Shown here: positions 55,001 through 63,303 of the stretch, one piece after another
Layout: every line of letters starts with the position of its first letter
Position numbering within the stretch: position 1 is the first letter of the stretch
Virus record (IMG/VR): IMGVR_UViG_3300020419_001178
Location: 64,001 to 128,000 of that record
Reading direction: 5' to 3' (one strand)
DNA from: a virus
Length of the DNA stretch: 64,000 bases
Translations under genes and position numbers: made by a program
Notes under the pieces: model-generated
Databases searched by the model: none
What the model saw: the letters and a program-made list of their open reading frames with translations, nothing else
What the model was told of the DNA's origin: nothing

Positions 55001-57578
55001 AGGATTTGATGCTAACGAAACACCACAAACTGCGACAGTAAACAACAGGGCAACGGAAGCACAAGTTGATAATATCTTTACAGATGGTTCACAAGTACTT
55101 GCCTTAGAATATACTAACGCAGGAGAAACATATAGCAACGCAACAGCGGCATTTACACAAGTTGCTGGAACAGGATTATCTGTATATTGGGAAGAATTTA
55201 GACAAGGAGCTGTTAACAAGATTGAATTAGAACTACCTGATGATAGTACAAACATTGGTGGTAGAGGATTTCAATTTGCTACAAACAATGCCCAAGCAGG
55301 AGATTTAACAAGTATTACATTATCTGCTTCAGAGTCAAGAACAGCATCGCAAATAAACGGTTCAAGAATAGTTATTACAGAAGGTCCAGGAGGCGGACAA
55401 TATGGTTATATTGTAAATTATAATGCGTCAACAAAAGTAGCACAGGTTTATAAAGACAGTACAGGTACACCAGGATTTGATAATTTACTTGCTGGTAAAG
55501 TTAATGCTACAGCATTAGGAGCAACAACAGTATATGCTATAGAACCAAGAGTGACTGTGTCAGCACCAACATTTACTGTTTCAAACAACAGTATTCAAGC
55601 AGGTGCTCCAGACGTAGGTTACAGTGATACTTTAGGACTTTGGTATTACGGAATAACTGGTACTGATGATTTTTATACATCAGCAGATGGAAGTGTTTGG
55701 ACACAAAGACCAACATCGGGTAGTAATATTACAGCAAAAAATTACACAGCATTTTCTAAGTCAGGTCCAATATTAGCGGCCGTGGCAAATGCTACCAATC
55801 AATTAGTATTTTCAAATGATGGAGCAACATTTGATACTTCAACATTACCAGCAACAAACAATTGGTCAAGAGTACAAATAGGCGGACTTAATGATGATGT
55901 AATTATGGCGACTGGAAATAACAATTCAGATATTTACGTTGGATCATTAGTTACAGCAAGTGATAGTACTGTCGTAACAGGAACTTGGTCAACCAAAGCA
56001 CTTGGAACAGGAAATAAAAATTGGGTAGGATTGGCTTACGGAGCAGGCAAATGGATTGCTATTGCTACTGACGGAACAACAGTTACATCAGCTGATAACG
56101 GAGTATCATGGAGTTCAGGAACAGCAGTAACACCAGGTGGATCAGAAGAATATACTGATTTAGTTTTTGGTAATAATGCTTGGGTAGCATCTATGAAAAA
56201 TTCAGATAGAGTTATATACAGCGCCGACGGATCAAACTGGTACGATGCGGCATTACTAGGAGACTCTACAGCTAACGCATGGAAAGTTGGTTACACTCAA
56301 GGAGCTTTTGTTTGTGTAAATGAAAATGGAAATGCTTTAGAATCAGGTGACGCACATAACTGGAATGTCATTACAACAGTAAACAATTTGACAGCTATAG
56401 TAGGTGGCGTTGCTTCTAATACTCCGACTTGGATAGGTGTAAGACAAAGCACAGGCACAGGAAATATTATTACGGGTGGTAAGAAAGCATTCGCAAGAGC
56501 TGTAGTTGCTACAAATAAAATTAGTCAGTTCTTACTATATGAAGTAGGTAGTGGATATGATACTTCAAGTCCTCCTACAGTAACAGTTTATGATCCAGAA
56601 GAAACAGGAGAACCTTATTATACAGTTACAGTAAGAAATGGCGTTATAGGACAACCTACTTTTTACAATAGAGGAACTGGATATGCGACAGCAGTTATAG
56701 CAATCACTGGTAACGGTTATGCTGAAGCAAAACAAACAGGAAATTCAATGGTAATTACTGGAATAGATCTTGTTCCAGGACCAGGAGCAAACGTTGTGTT
56801 TACAGGAGATGCGACAGTTTACAGATTAGTTAAAGTAACTAAGACAGAAGGATCTGCTCCTAATAGACAAATTACATTCCAAATATCTCCAATACTTACA
56901 AGAGCAACAGCACCATTACATGGTGTAACAGCTACTATAAGAGAAAGATATTCACAATGTAGATTAACAGGACACGACTTCCTAGATATTGGTACAGGTA
57001 ACTTTGCTAATACAAATTATCCAGCACTTTATATCGCTGGACAAACCAGTGTAAACGAAACTGAACAAGCAAATGAAGTACGTGAAGCCAATGGTGGTAG
57101 GGTGTTCTACACAAGTACAGACCAAGATGGTAACTATAGGGTAGGTGAACTATTTAAAGTTTCACAGGCACAAGGTGGTGTGACTCTAAGTGCTGACTTC
57201 TTTAACTTGGAAGGTTTAGACGAAATTAGATTAGGTGGTATTAGTGTAGGTGGTACACAAGCTGTTATTAGAGAATTTTCTACAGAAACTACTTTTGTAG
57301 CAAATAGTAACAATATTATACCAACAGAAAAAGCACTGAAATCATATATTGAGAATAGATTTACAGGAGGTGGATCTAATCTGTTTACAAACGCACTTAC
57401 AGCGGGACAGATTAAGCTAGAATCAAGGACTATATCCAACACAGCTGGATCAAATAATCCAAATGCGATGGCAACAATTTCACCTAACTTTGAAATTAGG
57501 GGGTCGTTAGGCGGAGGACTAGCGGCACTTAATATGTTCTTTTCATCAAGAACTGAAAGAGATGACTTTAACGGATAA
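52032..57578 (+). CDS. Very large fibre/appendage protein (1848 aa): CBM5/12-like Trp repeats, beta-helix and BNR-like propeller insertion
   Basis: About eight W....Y...D.V.Y.G..Y.C...H repeats; YYVS.DG.D...G; S.DG..W repeats; C-terminal GGRVFYTSTDQDGN. Confidence 0.72.
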   Translation: MADFKLSRIRFNWKGNWSGGADYIVDDMIHYNGYTYVALRTHTSADFYNDLAGTDKTPAQPKWKKQSEGVSWKKDWSTSTLYSVGNIVKYGASVYQCTESHTSSGTLASGTDGLVADITKWTLVAVSSADWKYNWTVSTLYRINDLVRYNGKVYKCTAQHVSAVTILLGLEADQAKWTVLSDSDTWRATWAIGTRYKVNDIVKYGGIVYKCITGHTSADNTALGLEEDQAKWEIQISGIEYKSLWTGEVRYKVNDIVKRGGNLMKCIVGHTATAGDNGFQTDYATSKWSIYLPGTEYDSVWDNGVYYQSGDLVLYGGYIYKAVTFNTNKPPSQYTGDWNLTFEGYKFRGDWNLAGSEDSADINYLTGDIVRLTGTLYIAIQDSTNLQPDQWPTYWEKLVDGRNFRNFWEDNTEYYQGDIVTWAGTAYVSLKYHRSTESASRPDLDVEQPDNDYWKLMILGNRTNKLARKGDLKTFEDQDSTAIDTQRLAIGQDGAALISTGTMPAWDLIDLANNVYYVSTDGIDDPDRGGTLNAPFRTVRYATQYLFLDEVNRVGTGATISVAAGDYKEVLPISLPAKVALVGAELRSTSISPALNGIDVVLGPRNAKGEQTALTIPTLNERNDMFYVRNSCGIRRLTLRGLTGVLSVANTYGTKRPSGGAFVSLDPGTGSSDTDVWIASKSKAYYTPSTATYNPADGVFTMTLPTQQYTVTDATYDPKSGVMVATIGNHTLDVGETIRIATESVSFTCSKDNYTSVHAYPRISDPAAGADIRIFDKSATTISVNVGKSKDTDQYTHKFSSATNNGITWNHNLKVGNSIAIAGNAFTFTCTMDGNTAQKTYPRVTDPAYNQKLAITAVTTTSFTVNVGKSSASDQYAHTFVSVNPESVSFERISAGRSPYIQGVTTIGDNCVGMKIDGALHNGGNRSIVANDFTQVLSDGIGYWATNLGRSELVSVFTYYAHIGYLAENGGIMRATNGNNSYGDFGSVAEGFDANETPQTATVNNRATEAQVDNIFTDGSQVLALEYTNAGETYSNATAAFTQVAGTGLSVYWEEFRQGAVNKIELELPDDSTNIGGRGFQFATNNAQAGDLTSITLSASESRTASQINGSRIVITEGPGGGQYGYIVNYNASTKVAQVYKDSTGTPGFDNLLAGKVNATALGATTVYAIEPRVTVSAPTFTVSNNSIQAGAPDVGYSDTLGLWYYGITGTDDFYTSADGSVWTQRPTSGSNITAKNYTAFSKSGPILAAVANATNQLVFSNDGATFDTSTLPATNNWSRVQIGGLNDDVIMATGNNNSDIYVGSLVTASDSTVVTGTWSTKALGTGNKNWVGLAYGAGKWIAIATDGTTVTSADNGVSWSSGTAVTPGGSEEYTDLVFGNNAWVASMKNSDRVIYSADGSNWYDAALLGDSTANAWKVGYTQGAFVCVNENGNALESGDAHNWNVITTVNNLTAIVGGVASNTPTWIGVRQSTGTGNIITGGKKAFARAVVATNKISQFLLYEVGSGYDTSSPPTVTVYDPEETGEPYYTVTVRNGVIGQPTFYNRGTGYATAVIAITGNGYAEAKQTGNSMVITGIDLVPGPGANVVFTGDATVYRLVKVTKTEGSAPNRQITFQISPILTRATAPLHGVTATIRERYSQCRLTGHDFLDIGTGNFANTNYPALYIAGQTSVNETEQANEVREANGGRVFYTSTDQDGNYRVGELFKVSQAQGGVTLSADFFNLEGLDEIRLGGISVGGTQAVIREFSTETTFVANSNNIIPTEKALKSYIENRFTGGGSNLFTNALTAGQIKLESRTISNTAGSNNPNAMATISPNFEIRGSLGGGLAALNMFFSSRTERDDFNG

Positions 57579-60500
57579 TGATAAATATGTATAATACCAA
57601 GAACGGAGCAAAAAATGGCAGAATTTAAACTAGGTAGAATTAGATTTATCTGGAAAGACAACTGGGTAGCTTCTACTGCATATCTAAAAGATGACGTAAT
57701 TAGATATGGTGGAAGAACTTATGTTTGTGTTACTGGACATACAGCAGGTTCTAATTTCTACACTGATATATCAAACTGGAACAATTTCAGTGACGGTACT
57801 CAATGGAAAAGTGATTGGAGTGCGGCAACATTTTACAAAATTAATGACATCGTAAGATACGGTGGTATCATTTACATTTGTAACAGTGGACACACAGCAC
57901 AATCAACACTAGAAGCTGATCAATCAAAATGGGATCAGTTTGCTACATCAATTGACTGGAAAGATAATTGGGTAGCTGGAACAGTTTATAAAGCAAACGA
58001 CTTGGTAAAATATGGTGGAAACATTTACATTTGTAACACTGGTCATACTGCCGCGGCCACTAATGCACTTGGACTTGAAGCTGATATTTTAAAATGGGAC
58101 CTATTCTCCGAAGGTCAAGATTGGAAACAGAACTGGGCTATAAACACAAGATATAAAATTAACGATATTGTAAAATATGGTGGAACTTTATATGTTTGTA
58201 ATACAGGACATACTTCAAATGCATCTGCGGCAAGCGGACTTGAAGCCGATCAAGCAAAATGGGATTATTTAAATAAAGGAATTGAATATTTAGGTGAGTG
58301 GGCAAATAGTTATAGATACAAAATTAATGATGTTGTATTATATGGTGCTACTCTTTGGATTTGTACAACACAACATACTTCAGTTGTTACAAATGCAGAT
58401 TCACAACTAGGTACACTTCAAGCAGATATTACAAACTGGGAAAAATTTGTTCCTGGATTGGAATTTGAAAATACATGGCAAGGTGATGAAAGATATCAAC
58501 CAGGTGACTTTGTAACTTATGGTGGTAATCAATACGTAGCAAATCAAAATGTATACGGTGATGTTCCTCCAGCAAGTGCTAAATGGGATCTTGTAACATC
58601 AGGATTTAATTTAAGAGGCGACTGGGGAGATGACTCAACAAACCAAGAATACAAAGTTGGTGATGTTGTAAGACTAGGTGGTTATACTTATCTTGCTACA
58701 GCTAACAGTACAGGACAACGTCCACCCAACGCAACTTATTGGTCAAGATTAAACCAAGGTATTGAGTGGAAAAATACTTGGACTACAGCTACATTATATG
58801 ATTTAGGTGATGCTGTCCGTTACGGATTAATCAGTTATGTTTGTGTACAAGCACATACTTCTGATACAGCAAAAAGACCAGACAACGACTCAGCAGGTGC
58901 TTTTTGGAATAACCTAGCGTCAGGTGCTGAGGAAAGCACAATTACAACACAAGGTGACTTATTATACTTTGGTGGATCAGGTCCAACTAGATTACCAATT
59001 GGAGCAGACGGTCAAGTATTAAGTGTATCAAGCGGTGGCATTCCAGAGTGGAAAGACTTTGGTGCTGTACCAGATGTATTTTATGTTTCAACAGGAGTTG
59101 GTACAGATAATCCTACTCCAACAAACGGAACTACATTAGATAGACCTTGGAAAACAATTAGATACGCATGTGATCAAATTGAAAAAGGTGCTAAGAATCC
59201 TAATGCTGTAGGATTGCTAGAAAAGAATAGAATGTTTATAGCATACGAAACTGCTAAATGGGCTAAGAGACAAATTATTACTCAAACAAGTCCGTTCTTT
59301 ATTGGATTTGCTTTTGATGAAGCCAAGTTCCAAAGACTAGCAGGATTTGCTTTAGATGCGATAACAGTTGATTTAAGAAGAGGCGGAAACGTAGAAACAC
59401 GTAGAGCCGGACAGGCAATGAAAGACAACATAAGTGGCGATTTCTTTGATACAGGATCAGAAACACAAAACGTTGCGGCATTGAATCATGTTATTTCTTT
59501 ATGTAGTGATGTTATTACAAGTGCTACACCATCCGCTGATTATCAAGCATTAGATGGAATAGCAGAAGCTGATAGATATTTACAAACAAAAGATGCTACA
59601 TTGACTGCAGAGTCAACTGCTTTATCTACATTAACAACAAATATGGCAGTAATTACTAGTTCTATTACACTTGGAGCAGGTTATGCTCTTCCAACGGAAG
59701 TAAAACTACACAAAGTATTACTTGTAAAAACAGGTACTTACAAAGAAGTTCTTCCAATTAGGGTTCCAGAAAGAGTTGCTATAGTTGGAGACGAATTACG
59801 TTCAACTAGAGTAGAACCAGCAGGACAATTAACTAATTCGGGTGATACTACGTATTCATTAGCTGGTATTCTTCATATGAAGAGTATACTAGATGATATC
59901 ATTGAAGGTACTGCTATTACACGTCAAACAGGAAATACACTTACACAAGATGTATCAAAACCAAATAGTACTTCAGCTGTATCAGCTATTGTAACAGAAT
60001 TATCACAAGAATTATATGATAAAATTGATTATGAAGTAAACGGTGCGTCAGGTGATTCTACTGCTCCTACTATTAGAGGATCAAATACAAGAGTAGATGA
60101 CCAAGATAAATTTGCTGGTGTAAGAGCTATAATGATGAATAAAGATTTTATAGCAAGAGATGTTACAAAATATATTGCTGTAAACTATCCTTCATATACT
60201 TTTGATACTGCTCAATGTGAGTCAGATGTTAAAAACTACTTGGATGGATTTATATTTGATTTAACATTTAGTTACAGCGAAGCTTCAAACTACGCTACAA
60301 TCTATAACGGATTATATTATGGAAACAGCGTAAATGGATCTTTATTGGAAAACATGTATCTATTAAGAGATGCTACAGGTATTAGAAACCAAACACTAGG
60401 TGGATTAAGCGGAACATTAGGATCAGCAAACGCATATGGAACTAAACGTCCAACAGCAGGAGCATATTGTTCATTAGATCCAGGATGGGGACCAGACGAT

Positions 60501-61947
60501 ACAAGAGTTTGGATTCAAACAAGATCTCCATATGTACAAGGTGTAACAAACTTTGGTACAGCATGTATTGGATTAAAGATTGATGGTGATTTACATAATG
60601 GTGGTAACGATTCAATTGTTGCTAACGACTTTACACAGGTGTTAAGTGATGGTATCGGAGCTTGGGTTACAAACTTAGGTAGAGCAGAACTTGTTTCTGT
60701 GTTCTCATACTATGGACACATTGGTTATCTATCAGAAAACGGCGGTAAGATACGTGGTACTAACGGAAACTGTTCATACGGTGACTTTGGTGCTGTATCA
60801 GAAGGCGTTGACGGAAGTGAAACTCCAATTACAGGTGGTGTGAATAATAGAAGACTTGAAGCACAAGTTGGTAGAGCTTTAACTGATGGAAGTGCTATTA
60901 TACATTTTGAATACACTAACGCAGGTAACAACTATACCAATGCTACTTACACAATCAGTGGTGCTGGATATGGTGCTGTTATAGCAAATGCTAACGCTGT
61001 AAACAATGGTATATTTGAAGTCAGACTTAGAAATCCAGACGATGGATCTACTTATAATACAACAGATGTTGATAACGACGGTTCATTAAATGATCCGGAT
61101 GTTATTGGTGGTAGAGGTTATGTATCAAGTGAGAATACAGCACAGGGCGGTAACGCAACAACTATTATCCTTTCAAACACTGAAACAGCTAACACATCTA
61201 AATATGTTGGCATGAGAGTTGTAATTACAGCGGGAACTGGTGCTGGACAATACGCACAAATTACTGCATACAATCCAGGAACGAAAGTTGCCAACGTTGC
61301 TAAAGAATCAGATGGAACAGCTGGATGGGATACATGGCACTATTCAAATGGTATTCAATCTACTTTAGATGCTACAACAACTTATTCAATAGAGCCAAGA
61401 TGTATAATTTCCGGCGGTGGAGGAACTGGAGCTCAGGTTAGAGCACAAGTTTCCAACGGTAGAATTACACAGTTTTATATTGTAAATCCAGGAAGCGGAT
61501 ATACAAGTGGTCCATCAATGTTAATTGTTGATAACAATGAAACTATTGAAGCACCATTTGAAATTAGAATTGGTAACGGAGTATTAACACAACCTACATG
61601 GACTAGTAGAGGTATTGACTTTGAAACAGCAGGTGCTACCTTAGTAGGTGACGGTTATGGAGATATATTCCAATCCAAGAACTTCTTAAATGTATACGGA
61701 ATGACTGATCAACCAGAAGAAGGTTCAAATCTTGTGTTAGACGGAGATAGCAGATTCTTCAAGGTAGTGTTTGTAAGAGAACTTACTGGAAGTGCTGGAA
61801 ACTACTCCGCAAACTTACAAGTTTCACCAAACTTAGGTGTAGAAAAAGCACCTATACATGGCACAAACATCAGTATAAGAAAACGTTTTAGTCAGGTTAG
61901 ATTAACAGGACACGACTTCCTAGACATTGGTACAGGTAACTTTGCTA
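56960..61947 (+). repeat. Near-identical DNA patches shared by the two paralogous fibre genes
   Basis: 56960-57009 vs 61898-61947 (49/50 identical); 54816-54850 vs 60618-60652 (34/35 identical). Confidence 0.85.
57580..57587 (+). promoter_or_regulatory. Late promoter motif GATAAATA
   Basis: Upstream of 57615. Confidence 0.6.
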
Positions 61948-62462
61948 GTACCAACTATCCAGGAACACCTGCTACGCCTAATGACGCAAACGACGAAGTT
62001 AAAGAGTTTGGCGGAGGAAGAGTATTTTACACTTCAACTGACCAAGATGGTAACTTTAGAGTAGGAAGATTGTTCAACGTTGAACAGTCAACTGGTTCTG
62101 CGAGTTTGAACACAAGTGCGTTTAGTTTAGCAGGACTACAAGAACTTTCATTAGGAGCTGTGGGTCTTGGTGAAAGTGGAGCAACTATTAACGAATTTAG
62201 TACAGACGGTACGTTTAGTGCTAATTCTAACAGCGTTGTTCCGACTCAGGCGGCTATTATAACTTACATCAATTCACAAATTGGTGGAGGTTCAAGTAGT
62301 CTAAACGTTAACGCAGTTACAGCTGGTAAAATAAATATCACTGGAAACACGATTGGTACAACTGACAATTCGCAGATTACTGTCACTACTGGAATGAATT
62401 TCAACGGTGGTGTATTAGGATCTCCGGTTGCCATGTCGTACTTTTTAACAAGTAAAACATAA
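57615..62462 (+). CDS. Very large fibre/appendage protein (1615 aa), paralog of 52032
   Basis: MAEFKLGRIRFIWK N-terminus, the same repeats and shared blocks (SIVANDFTQVLSDGIG, RLTGHDFLDIGTGNFA). Confidence 0.72.
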   Translation: MAEFKLGRIRFIWKDNWVASTAYLKDDVIRYGGRTYVCVTGHTAGSNFYTDISNWNNFSDGTQWKSDWSAATFYKINDIVRYGGIIYICNSGHTAQSTLEADQSKWDQFATSIDWKDNWVAGTVYKANDLVKYGGNIYICNTGHTAAATNALGLEADILKWDLFSEGQDWKQNWAINTRYKINDIVKYGGTLYVCNTGHTSNASAASGLEADQAKWDYLNKGIEYLGEWANSYRYKINDVVLYGATLWICTTQHTSVVTNADSQLGTLQADITNWEKFVPGLEFENTWQGDERYQPGDFVTYGGNQYVANQNVYGDVPPASAKWDLVTSGFNLRGDWGDDSTNQEYKVGDVVRLGGYTYLATANSTGQRPPNATYWSRLNQGIEWKNTWTTATLYDLGDAVRYGLISYVCVQAHTSDTAKRPDNDSAGAFWNNLASGAEESTITTQGDLLYFGGSGPTRLPIGADGQVLSVSSGGIPEWKDFGAVPDVFYVSTGVGTDNPTPTNGTTLDRPWKTIRYACDQIEKGAKNPNAVGLLEKNRMFIAYETAKWAKRQIITQTSPFFIGFAFDEAKFQRLAGFALDAITVDLRRGGNVETRRAGQAMKDNISGDFFDTGSETQNVAALNHVISLCSDVITSATPSADYQALDGIAEADRYLQTKDATLTAESTALSTLTTNMAVITSSITLGAGYALPTEVKLHKVLLVKTGTYKEVLPIRVPERVAIVGDELRSTRVEPAGQLTNSGDTTYSLAGILHMKSILDDIIEGTAITRQTGNTLTQDVSKPNSTSAVSAIVTELSQELYDKIDYEVNGASGDSTAPTIRGSNTRVDDQDKFAGVRAIMMNKDFIARDVTKYIAVNYPSYTFDTAQCESDVKNYLDGFIFDLTFSYSEASNYATIYNGLYYGNSVNGSLLENMYLLRDATGIRNQTLGGLSGTLGSANAYGTKRPTAGAYCSLDPGWGPDDTRVWIQTRSPYVQGVTNFGTACIGLKIDGDLHNGGNDSIVANDFTQVLSDGIGAWVTNLGRAELVSVFSYYGHIGYLSENGGKIRGTNGNCSYGDFGAVSEGVDGSETPITGGVNNRRLEAQVGRALTDGSAIIHFEYTNAGNNYTNATYTISGAGYGAVIANANAVNNGIFEVRLRNPDDGSTYNTTDVDNDGSLNDPDVIGGRGYVSSENTAQGGNATTIILSNTETANTSKYVGMRVVITAGTGAGQYAQITAYNPGTKVANVAKESDGTAGWDTWHYSNGIQSTLDATTTYSIEPRCIISGGGGTGAQVRAQVSNGRITQFYIVNPGSGYTSGPSMLIVDNNETIEAPFEIRIGNGVLTQPTWTSRGIDFETAGATLVGDGYGDIFQSKNFLNVYGMTDQPEEGSNLVLDGDSRFFKVVFVRELTGSAGNYSANLQVSPNLGVEKAPIHGTNISIRKRFSQVRLTGHDFLDIGTGNFASTNYPGTPATPNDANDEVKEFGGGRVFYTSTDQDGNFRVGRLFNVEQSTGSASLNTSAFSLAGLQELSLGAVGLGESGATINEFSTDGTFSANSNSVVPTQAAIITYINSQIGGGSSSLNVNAVTAGKINITGNTIGTTDNSQITVTTGMNFNGGVLGSPVAMSYFLTSKT

Positions 62463-62464
62463 TG

Positions 62465-62472
62465 GCTAAATA
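62465..62472 (+). promoter_or_regulatory. Late promoter motif GCTAAATA
   Basis: Upstream of 62492. Confidence 0.55.
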
Positions 62473-62491
62473 TAGAAAAGAGGAGTAATAA

Positions 62492-62818
62492 ATGGCAACA
62501 GGAGTATTAGGATCAAACGATTTATCAGCCGCAACTGATACAAGCGTTTACACGGTTCCGGCAGATACTTACAGCGTGGTAACTGTATCGTTTTGTAATA
62601 GAGGTGCTTCAACAGCTAGTATTAGATTAGCTGTAGCAGGCTCTGGTACACCAACGGCGGCAGAATATCTAGAATACGATGTATCTCTAGGACCAAACGG
62701 TGTATTAGAAAGAACTGGTATTGTGGCACAGGCTACTAAAATAATTGTTGCTCGATCATCAGCTACCAGCGTAAGTTGTGTAGTAATGGGTATCGAGACA
62801 GCTATACCGGCTACATAA
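62492..62818 (+). CDS. Small beta-rich virion protein (paralog 3 of 3)
   Basis: VYTVP......TVSFCNR and GVLERTGIV motifs; GAGGAG SD. Confidence 0.72.
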   Translation: MATGVLGSNDLSAATDTSVYTVPADTYSVVTVSFCNRGASTASIRLAVAGSGTPTAAEYLEYDVSLGPNGVLERTGIVAQATKIIVARSSATSVSCVVMGIETAIPAT

Positions 62819-62832
62819 GGATAGGAAAGAAA

Positions 62833-63282
62833 ATGGGAAGACGAATTTCACTAGGTTCACCAGGTTTAACTATACCTTTTGGGAACACGGCACAAAGGAC
62901 ATCAAACGCGGGAGCAGGTTCTATAAGATATAACACACAAGTAAATGTGTTAGAACTTTATAACGGAACAAACTGGATTCCTGTGGGTGTTTTAAATGCT
63001 AAAACAGTCACAACTACGTATACAGCGGCATCTGGAGAACAGTTGTTTGTTGATACTAATGGTGGAGGCTTTACTATTAACCTACCTGCTGGACCAGCAG
63101 TAGGAGATGTTGTTAGATTTTTCGATCTAAGAAAAACATTTGATAGTAATAACTTAACTATTGGTAGAAACGGCAAACCAATTCAAGGTGATGCGAGTAA
63201 CATGACTGTTAACTCAGAAGGCGCGGCGTTCGACCTCGTATACTCAGGTGATAGTTACGGTTGGCGTATCCTAACTGTATAA
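62833..63282 (+). CDS. Virion fibre-associated protein (149 aa; start re-assigned to ATG 62833)
   Basis: AGGA SD; IPFG.TAQR...G.IRYNT; VDT.GG.FTINLPA.PAVGD.V motif typical of T4-like fibre modules. Confidence 0.72.
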   Translation: MGRRISLGSPGLTIPFGNTAQRTSNAGAGSIRYNTQVNVLELYNGTNWIPVGVLNAKTVTTTYTAASGEQLFVDTNGGGFTINLPAGPAVGDVVRFFDLRKTFDSNNLTIGRNGKPIQGDASNMTVNSEGAAFDLVYSGDSYGWRILTV

Positions 63283-63303
63283 TATTATTGGAGAGAGAAC
63301 CAA

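Noticed and set aside
52032-62462. Diversity-generating retroelement (TR/VR) among the fibre repeats
   Set aside because: No reverse transcriptase in the window; both copies are coding, and mismatches are not consistently adenine-specific.
62776-62832. Upstream start of the 168-aa ORF given in the track
   Set aside because: It overlaps the previous gene; the SD and ATG at 62833 are more plausible.
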